From Hypanus sabinus (lineage: Eukaryota), in assembly GCF_030144855.1 (NCBI RefSeq), contig NC_082714.1, positions 94,798,001 through 94,862,000 on the forward strand: a stretch of 64,000 bases of DNA, in the 5' to 3' direction. The position numbers and the translations under genes are program-made. This document shows, in pieces, positions 63,383 to 64,000 of the stretch. Under the pieces are notes generated by a model. That model had not been told where the DNA came from and did not search any database. It saw only the letters and a list, made by a program, of their open reading frames with translations. Positions within the stretch are counted from its first letter, which is position 1. Every line of letters starts with the position of its first letter.

Positions 63383-64000
63383 GTAAGTGACTCGCTCTTT
63401 CCGTTACTAGGAATTCACATCATATTCCCTCCTATTTCCCACAGCTGTGGAAATAACCATGCAGGGAATAATGATGCCATCTCTATGCTGTGGGGGTGTT
63501 TGACCTGCCTCGAATAGGAATAGGAGCCCAATCGATCCCTCTAACCAGCCATTATTCAATTTCATGACACTTATGCACGAGGTACATACCGCCATTCAAA
63601 TGCACCAGTCTGGTGTTGTGGGTGACGAGATCGGTCAAGTATTTTTCCACATTTATCATTGAATCCAGGTCCATTTCTGCGGGAATCGGAAGCAATCTTA
63701 CCCAATCCGCAAGATGAGGATACAAAAATTTCCCCAATATTCAGAACTGCTATAAATGGTAGCTAACGCCTTCAGAGTTGGCCACCTTGGATTCACATTT
63801 TCAACAAGGGCACGAACAATTAAGGAAAACAACAGATATTGTAAGGTATATTGCAGAAAAAATGCTAGAAAGCTAGCGGTCTGGTCAGAGGGAGGAGTGC
63901 GACAGGTTGGGTTTGCAGGTGTCCGGCAGGTAATCACGGTCTGATCTGAACTTTTCTTGTTTCTACAATTCTGTTCTGCTCACGGGCCCACTCTTCTTTT

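Larger units (their letters stand above)
35219..64000 (+). repeat. Segmental duplication: unit B is colinear with unit A (1 to ~19300)
   Basis: Matching anchors 1/35219, 4600/40070, 10620/49400, 15790/54510, 15800/58750, 18271/62882 and 19300/63990. The offset grows with unit-specific insertions. Confidence 0.95.

Noticed and set aside
63340-63720. Compensation of copy B's -2 VJ frameshift by the +2 nt in its intronic relic exon, or by a -1 deletion in C like that of copy A
   Set aside because: Both splices hit an early stop: GA|C CAT TAT TCA ATT TCA TGA for the relic exon, and GA|G TAG for an A-like C exon.
1-64000. Units A and B as uncollapsed alleles of one locus
   Set aside because: Flank divergence near 10% in a sampled window, plus multiple kb-scale unit-specific insertions, is more than expected for alleles, though read depth should confirm this.

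Overview
Repeat-dense vertebrate genomic DNA, almost certainly from a cartilaginous fish, judging by the shark/ray-type Ig light chain and the elasmobranch-type CR1 tails. The window holds two diverged tandem copies of one large cassette: unit A (<1 to ~34.6 kb) and unit B (~34.8 kb to >64 kb), joined across a 174-N gap. Each unit carries a type I (NS5/sigma-cart-like) immunoglobulin light-chain gene whose V and J are already fused in the genomic DNA (germline-joined, no RSS). Copy A (18271-20280) has an in-frame VJ, but its J motif is FGxG->VGPG and its C exon has both a frameshift and a TAG. Copy B (62882-63382, C exon outside the window) has a canonical FGPGT J that is 2 nt out of frame. 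Unit B alone contains an intact, compact 4220-bp Ty3/Gypsy LTR retrotransposon of CsRn1-like type. It has identical 214-bp LTRs, a GTAT target-site duplication, a tRNA-Trp PBS, a CHCC gag and a G_GGA_AAC -1 frameshift signal with a hairpin. Unit B also has a ~1.25-kb inverted copy of nearby sequence. The rest is nested CR1, RTE, L1 and Rex1/Babar LINE debris, plus several non-repeat islands that look like decayed exons of an unidentified gene, one of them inside the J-C intron. I cannot demonstrate a new biological system from sequence alone. The best leads are the paired germline-joined IgL genes, the exon-like relic in their J-C intron and the very young Gypsy element. LINE fragment boundaries are approximate, and family assignments come from recognised motifs, not database searches.
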